A stretch of DNA of 64,000 nt from the human T2T-CHM13v2.0 reference genome, Homo sapiens. The position numbers and the translations under genes are program-made. The DNA lies in the NCBI RefSeq assembly GCF_009914755.1, contig NC_060932.1; one strand, written 5' to 3'. This document shows positions 57,028-64,000 of this stretch, one piece after another. Within the stretch, counting starts at the first letter, position 1; each line of letters begins with the position of its first letter. Under the pieces are notes generated by a model that made no database searches, was not told the origin of the DNA, and saw nothing but the letters and a program-made list of their open reading frames with translations.

Positions 57028-57341
57028 GTTATTATTATTATTTATTATTATTATTATTTGAGATGGAATCTCACTCTGTCATCCAGACTGGAGTGCAGTG
57101 ATGTGATCTCAGCTCAAGGCAACCTCCGCTTCCCAGGTTCAAGCGATTCTTGTGCCTCAGCTTCCCAAGTAGCTGGGATTACAGGCATGTGCCACCATAC
57201 CCAACTAATTTTTGTATTTTTAGTAGAGATGGGGTTTCACCATGTTGGCCAGGCCCGTCATGAACTCCTGACCTCAAGTGACCTGCCTGCCTTGGCCTCC
57301 GAAAGTACTGGGATTACAGGCGTGAGCCACCACGCCCGGCC
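57028..57341 (-). mobile_element. AluS with a (TTA)n tail
   Basis: Full reverse Alu. Confidence 0.95.
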
Positions 57342-57860
57342 CATAGGGTTATTATTAAGCCTATGATCAACACTCCAAAAACCCAAGAGAGTCTTCATAG
57401 ATGTGTTGATCATTTTTCTCTGCACTAAGTTCTTTTTTTCTGGGAGACGTGTATCTTAAAATTGAACCTTCCTGCAAAAAGGCAAATGACATCTCCTCGT
57501 GTTAAATTATGCAAAAACATAAGAACTGAAGTGATTCTTTAAAAGGCACCAAGTAGATGAACTTGAACTTGAAAGAATTCATGTTAAGAAGTTTGGCCAG
57601 GTGTGTGCTAGGAGGGACCTCTGTGGACAATCCATGCCCCAATATCGTCTCTTCCTGTCCATGGATACTAGTGTGATCTGCTCACGCAGGGAGGGCAGGA
57701 CACAACCACATGGTACCCTTGTCACCTGTTATCTGCTGAGTCCTTTGCACATGACTCCCCAATTCCTCAGCTAATCCTCACAACCTATGATCAATGCGGC
57801 ATCACCCTCATTTTACAGATGAGAAAATCCAGGTTCAAAGAGCGTGTGCTTTATTTAGAT

Positions 57861-58049
57861 CAGGGTTTCTCAACCTTGGCACTATTGACCTTCAGGGAGG
57901 ATCGTTCTTATAAGGGGAATGTCTCATGTGCTGTGAGGTTTTTAGCAGGTTCTCTGGTCTCTACCCACTGATGCCAGGAGCAGTTACTCCCCTTAGTGGT
58001 GACAACAAAAAATATCTCCCTGGGTAAAAACCCCCTGTTGAGAATCACT
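57861..58049 (+). mobile_element. MER20 hAT-Charlie element inserted in a MIR
   Basis: cagggtttctcaaccttggcactattgac ... gttgagaatcact. Confidence 0.85.
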
Positions 58050-58322
58050 TTTGTCACCCTAGCTTATATCAATGCAACTAGGGCAAGAGAGCTGGCATTT
58101 GACTCAGGTCCAAACGCTGAATCATTCAAATGAGTACGTCTGATTTCCTGAGCCCTGGCTCAGTGTCACCAATTAACCTCAGAGACATTTCCTAAGGTGC
58201 TATGTCAGAGAAATGCAGAATGGAACTTAAAAGGGTGTAGATTCTCCTTCTTGGCCTCTGGGTTTTTTTTTTTTTAATTGGTATGGGAACATGTGTCTCT
58301 CTTATTAATAATTAAAATCTCA

Positions 58323-58718
<396 letters not shown>

Positions 58719-59000
58719 CTAGCTCTGTAGCTTATTTGCTATGAGACACAGGGCAAACTAATTAACTTCTCAGAGCCTCAGTCTCCACATCTGTCTAATG
58801 GGCACTTGTCTGATTCTCAGGTCTGTTGTGAGGAATAAATGAGCCAATGGGATGGCACAGTCTTCCTCTCCCTCCTACTTAGTAAACCCCTTCTGATTGC
58901 TGGTTCCTAAACCAGGCCCGAGCAGAGTGAGCTGCTCCTTCAGTGCCTGTAAGAAGTTAAGGATATTCACTTGTGTGCTGAGAGATCATATTGGTCTTAC

Positions 59001-59054
59001 CTTCTCACCACGCTCCCCATCTTTCCCTGGGGTGCCTCTGAGGCCGGGAGCACC
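59001..59054 (-). CDS. COL22A1: Collagen exon, 54 bp, GAPGLRGTPGKDGERGEK
   Basis: Acceptor tcttccttgccacag, donor AAG|gtaaga. Confidence 0.95.
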
Positions 59055-59534
59055 CTGTGGCAAGGAAGATTACGGACATGGTGAATTTAAAGATGACTGG
59101 TCACTCTTGGTGGCTCGTGACCCCCAGGGAAGAATCATCAGGTCCCCCTGAAGTCAACGACTACAGCTCCCACCCAATTCCCATCCTTTATTTAAATTCC
59201 CCAAAGCTCCACCTCCTCCCTGCCCATGACTGCTGCTCTCCCGGGGGGGCGGGCTGGCCTTGTAACAGTGCACATCAGAGCTCTTAACAGCAGGCATGGT
59301 CTGCTGGAAGCTTTACCGCCTGCTCTGGAATGTGAACTATCAGAAGGCGTGGCCTGGCACAGTGAACACTCTGGGAAGATGAGGATGGCCTTAAGAACCC
59401 AGCCTTAGCATTGGGGCATCTGCTCCAACAGTGTCTTTGGAGTCCCCAAAAGGTTGACTTTGAGACATGGTTTAAGTGCAAGCGTCCCATGGATGCAATA
59501 GTAGGGAAACAGAGAAGCAAAAAGGGGAGAACAC

Positions 59535-59825
59535 TCATGCCTGTAATCCCAGCACTCTGCAAGGCCAAGGCAGACGGATCACTTGAGGTCAGGAGTTCAA
59601 GACCAGCCTGGCCAACATGGTGAAACCCCATCTCCACTAAAATACAAAAATTAGCTGGGCATGGAGGCACGCCCCTGTAATCCTAGCTACTTGGGAAGCT
59701 GAGGCAAGAGAATCACTTGAACCCAGGAGGCGGAGCTTGCAGTGAGCCAAGATCATGCCACTGCACCCCAGCCTGGGTGACAGAGCTAAACTCCACCTCA
59801 AAAAATAAAAATAAAAATAAATAAA
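59535..59825 (+). mobile_element. AluS, slightly 5'-truncated
   Basis: ctcatgcctgtaatcccagcac...ctccacctcaaaaaataaaa. Confidence 0.93.
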
Positions 59826-60076
59826 GCAGGGGAGAACAGGCAGCAAGAAATACACTTGCTGGCCACTGGAGCTCTGTCCTGCTGTGACTCTGGGATCCTG
59901 TGCAGGACGTACGCTCAGAGCGATGACAGCTGAGAACAAGTGATCTGAGCTATTCTGCTGGTGGTGCTGCTGGCCACCCATCACGTGGCTCAACAACATA
60001 CTCTTTAGAGGCCAGAGAAGACTCCCAGCCAGAAGAATGCAGGCTGGGCTGCAGGAAGCCTCCATGTAAAATAATA

Positions 60077-60166
60077 ATATTCCTCCAGCAGGGTTGCTGT
60101 GTGGATTAAATGAATGAACACATATTCCTCCAGCAGGGTTGCTGTGCAGAGTAAATGAATGAACAC
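60077..60166. repeat. 45 bp tandem duplication inside a MIR
   Basis: atattcctccagcagggttgctgtg..ga.taaatgaatgaacac x2. Confidence 0.9.
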
Positions 60167-60905
60167 ATGTAATGTGCTTAGTACCATGCCTGGCATGTAT
60201 AAAGGCTCAGTCCTCTAAGCTACTATGCTTATTACCTATAAAGGCTTGATGAAGAAACAAGACTGACCTAAATCTATTGTAGGGGAAAAACGCTTTGTTG
60301 CCCTTGACTAGATGTCATGGAGTGTTTTGTTGAACAATGTTCAAGTCTAAATTGGTGTTTATGGTGAATCTTAAAGCTGGTCCTTTAGCGGACACCTTGG
60401 GCCTCGACATGGAAAAGGCAGAATCTCGTCAGGCCAAAAAAGATGCAACCCTAAAGGTGAAGCAGCCAAGCTATTGTCTCCATTTTGCAGATGAACTAGC
60501 CGAGACCTCAAGGAGGGGCTTGCCAAGATGGTCACGTCAATTAATAAAAGAGCTGGATTCGAATCCAGGTCCCCCAATAGCCGTCAGGGGACCTTTGACT
60601 TCTTTAGGTTCATTTTCTTTCTTCTGAAGCAAACTAGGGTGTTGATTCCAACACCAGTGAAATGTACAGACTTTCTGCAGATGCCAACAGCTGCGTTTAC
60701 CCTCTGGATAGCTGGCGAGTTGCCTAGGGCTCAGGTGTGTGAACTTTCTGGGTGGTCTATGTCAGGACAGCAGTGTCTCCATCTGGAAAATGGGAGTAAG
60801 GATCCTCCCCTTACTCCCATGTATCCTACGCCTCTGGCTTTTGGGGAGGATACATTAACTAGCTTGGTGGCTGGGCCGTGCGTATGCCCTCTCCCAATTA
60901 CTCAC

Positions 60906-60959
60906 CACACTTCCTGGAGGGCCACTGGGACCGGGGGCACCGACATGTCCGGGAGCACC
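60906..60959 (-). CDS. COL22A1: Collagen exon, 54 bp, GAPGHVGAPGPSGPPGSV
   Basis: Acceptor cttctgtctctgaacag, donor GTG|gtgagt. Confidence 0.95.
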
Positions 60960-61360
60960 CTGTTCAGAGACAGAAGTTTAGAAAGGCCAAACGCATTGAT
61001 TAGAAGTAGTTGCCCCCACTCTCTCTGCAAATCTGCCTCATACTCAATTCACCGCAATGTGCTGGAACTGCTGCTGACCTGACAGCCTCTGCAGACGTGA
61101 ACCTCCTCTCCGGAGGGCTGTGGTGTCCCAAGCACCAAGCCTCAGGTGAGTGGGCTTCTGGCACAGAGGTGAAAGGCAGGAGGGCAGGAGGACTCTGGAA
61201 GTTCCTTAGAGCTAAGGCACAGGGGTGTGGAGGAGCCTGGGTGTGGGCAGAGAAGGGCTGGGACCTAACCACAGAAGAGGATTTCAGGTGAGGTTTGGCC
61301 TTATCCTAAGTGCATGAGGAAAAGGAAACATTGAAAAATGAACAGTTCAGATCTCAGTTG

Positions 61361-63331
61361 CATATGTATGTGTATGTGTGCACGTGCGTGTGTGCATGTT
61401 TGTGGAAGCGTATGTGTGTGCATGCGTGTGTGCACGTTTGTGGAGATGTGTGTATGCATGTGCATGTGTGCATGTTTGTGGAGGTATGTGTATGTGTGCA
61501 CGTCCATGTGTGCACGTTTGTGAAGGTGTGTGTATGTGTGTACGTCCGTGTGTGCATGTTTGTGGAGGTATGTGTATGTGTGCACGTCCATGTGTGCATA
61601 TTTGTGAAGGTGTGTGTATGTGTGTATGTCCGTGTGTGCATGTTTGTGGAGGTGTATGTGTGCGTGTGCATTTGTGAAGGTGTGTGTGCATGCATGTGTG
61701 CACGTTTGTGGAGGTGTATGTGTGCACGTGCGTGTATGCATGTTTGTGGGGGTGTGTATATGTGTACAGTGCATGTGTGCATGTTTGTGGAGGTGTGTTT
61801 ATGTGTGTACATGTGTGTGTGCATGTTTGTGGAGGTGTGTATATGTGTACACGTAAGTGTGTGCATGTTTGTGGAGGTGTGTTTATGTGTGTACATGTGT
61901 GTGTGCATGTTTGTGGAGGTGTGTATATGTGTACACGTAAGTGTGTGCATGTTTGTGGAGGTGTGTGTGTGTACGTGTGTGTGCATGTTTGTGGAGGTGT
62001 GTGTATGTGGAGGTGTGTGTGCACGTGCGTGTGTGCATGTTTGTGGAGGTGTATGTGTGGCGGTGTATGTGTGCACGTGCATGTGTGCATGTTTGTGGAG
62101 GTGTGTGTACGTGTGTGCATGTTTGTGGAGGGGTATGTGTGGAGGTGTGTGTATGTGTGCACGTGCATGTGTGCATGTTTGTGGAGGTGTATGCATGCGC
62201 GTGCATTTGTGAAGGTGTGTGTGTGTGCGCACGTTTGTGGAGGTGTATGTGTATACGTGCATGTGTACACGTTTGTGGAGGTGTGTGTATGTGTGTACGT
62301 GTGTGCATGTTTGTGGTGGTATGTGTATGTGTGGAGGTGTGTGTGTATGTGTGCACGTGCATGTGTGCATGTTTGTGGAGGTGTATGTGTGCATGTGCAT
62401 GTGCATGTTTGTGGACGTATGTGTGCGTGTGTGCATGTTTGTGGAGGTGTGTGTATGTGTGTAATGTGTGTATGCATGTTTGTGGAGGTGTATGTGTGGA
62501 GGTGTGTGTGTATGTGTGCATGTTTGTGGAGGTGTATGCATGCGTGTGCATTTGTGAAGGTGTGTGAGTGAGTGTGTGCACGTTTGTGGAGGTGTGTGTG
62601 CACGTGTGTGTGTGCATGTTTGTGGAGGTGTGTGTATGTGTGTAATGTGTGTATGCACGTTTGTGGAGGTGTATGTGTGGAGGTGTGTGTGTATGTGTGC
62701 AGTGCATGTGTGCATGTTTGTGGAGGTGTATGCATGCGTGTGCATTTGTGAAGGTGTGTGAGTGTGTGCACGTTTGTGGAGGTGTGTGTGCACGTGTGTG
62801 TGTGCATGTTTGTGGAGGTGTGTATATGTGTACACATGCGTGTGTGCGTTTGTGGAGGTGTATGTGTGTACGTGTGTGTGCATGTTTGTGGTGGTATGTG
62901 TATGTGTGGAGGTGTGTATGTGTGCACGTGCATGTGTGCATGTTTGTGGAGGTGTATGTGTGCACGTGCATGCACATTTGTGGACGTGTGTGCGTGTGTG
63001 TGCATGTTTGTGGAGGTGTGTGTGCGCGTGCGTGTATGCATGTTTGTGGAGGTGTGTGTGTACATGTGTGTATGCATGTTTGTGGAGGTGTATGTGTGGA
63101 GGTGTGTGTGTATGTGTGCACATGCATGTGTGCATGTTTGCGGAGGTGTATGTGTGTGCATGCGTGTGCATGTTTGTGGATGTGTGTATGTGTGCACATG
63201 TGTGCATGTTTGTGGACGTGTGTATTGTGCACGTATGTACATGTTTGTGGAGGTGTGTGTGCACGTACGTGTGTGCATGTTTGTGGAGGTGTGTGTGTGA
63301 GTGCATGCGTGTGTGTGTGTGTGTGTGTGTG
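61361..63331. repeat. ~2 kb GT-rich minisatellite/VNTR, core GTGTGCATGTTTGTGGAGGTGT, monomer ~42 bp
   Basis: Dozens of TTTGTGGAGG/TTTGTGAAGG cores separated by (GT)n/GCAC/GCAT spacers. Confidence 0.95.
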
Positions 63332-64000
63332 TTGGCTTTGACTGGAAAATCAGGTAAGAAGTGGATTTGAACTAGAACTTGATGGCCGGGCAATGATCCA
63401 TGACAGGAGATGTGGGTGAGGACATTCCAGGTGGGTCAACTCTATAGGTGCAGAGAAGCAGGGAACTCTCACGGCCTTGGAGGCTGCCCATGTTTCCTCC
63501 AGGCCTTGTTCCCCACTGTCCCCGGGTTTTGCACATCTCCAGGGTCAGGACTCATGGAGAACACTCCCAGCTTCCTCCTTGCCTACACTCTGCTTCCATT
63601 CCCCTCCAGGCTGAGCTGGAACCAGGGCTCTCTCCACAAGCAGGGAGGAGTTGCCATCTGTCCCCACTGTGGCATCCACACTGGTCACTACCTTGGCAGA
63701 CCCAGTTCCAACCTGACCATACGCATGGTGGCCTGGTCATATCAGCACCCTCTACCTGGTACAGGGCACCCGGCAGTGGTGCTAGGAGCAGACCAGACGT
63801 GTGCTGCTGCTGCTCCTCTTGCCACCACTGCTCCCCAGAGACCCGGGGATAAGTCAGCCCGTCCTGCCTTCCGCCAGCTCCACAGTCCAGCCTGAGCTCT
63901 CTGGCTCGGCACCATGAGACAGAGCCCAAATCAGCTCCAGGAACAAGTGCCAGCCCCACGGGGATCAAATACACCCTGGATCTGGCCCCAAGGATGGGTG

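Noticed and set aside
61301-63393. Very long ORFs (up to 679 aa; His/Thr- or Cys/Val-rich)
   Set aside because: They are translations of the GT/CA minisatellite, whose unit lacks stops; they are open in several frames on both strands and have no gene structure.

Overview
Primate (very probably human) genomic DNA from the interior of a large multi-exon collagen gene on the minus strand. Manual reading of AG/GT-bounded Gly-X-Y segments recovers 15 phase-0 exons (36-114 bp, 909 nt, 303 aa). They splice without a stop into [304 protein letters not shown] recognise this from memory as collagen XXII (COL22A1). The gene start and end lie outside the window. About 98.5% of the window is intron, containing 15 Alus, MIR/L2/L1M relics, many solo LTRs, DNA transposons, microsatellites and a ~2 kb GT-rich minisatellite. 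The long ORFs in the supplied track are repeat artefacts. I see no evidence for a wholly new multi-gene system. The most interesting leads are a 3-Cys cassette exon that appears to come from an L2 element, two intronic exon-sized degenerate Gly-X-Y segments, UG-repeat-adjacent cryptic splice sites, a nested LTR carrying kB/CRE/E-box motifs, and several template-switch scars. Repeat subfamily names are from memory of consensus sequences and need RepeatMasker/Dfam confirmation.
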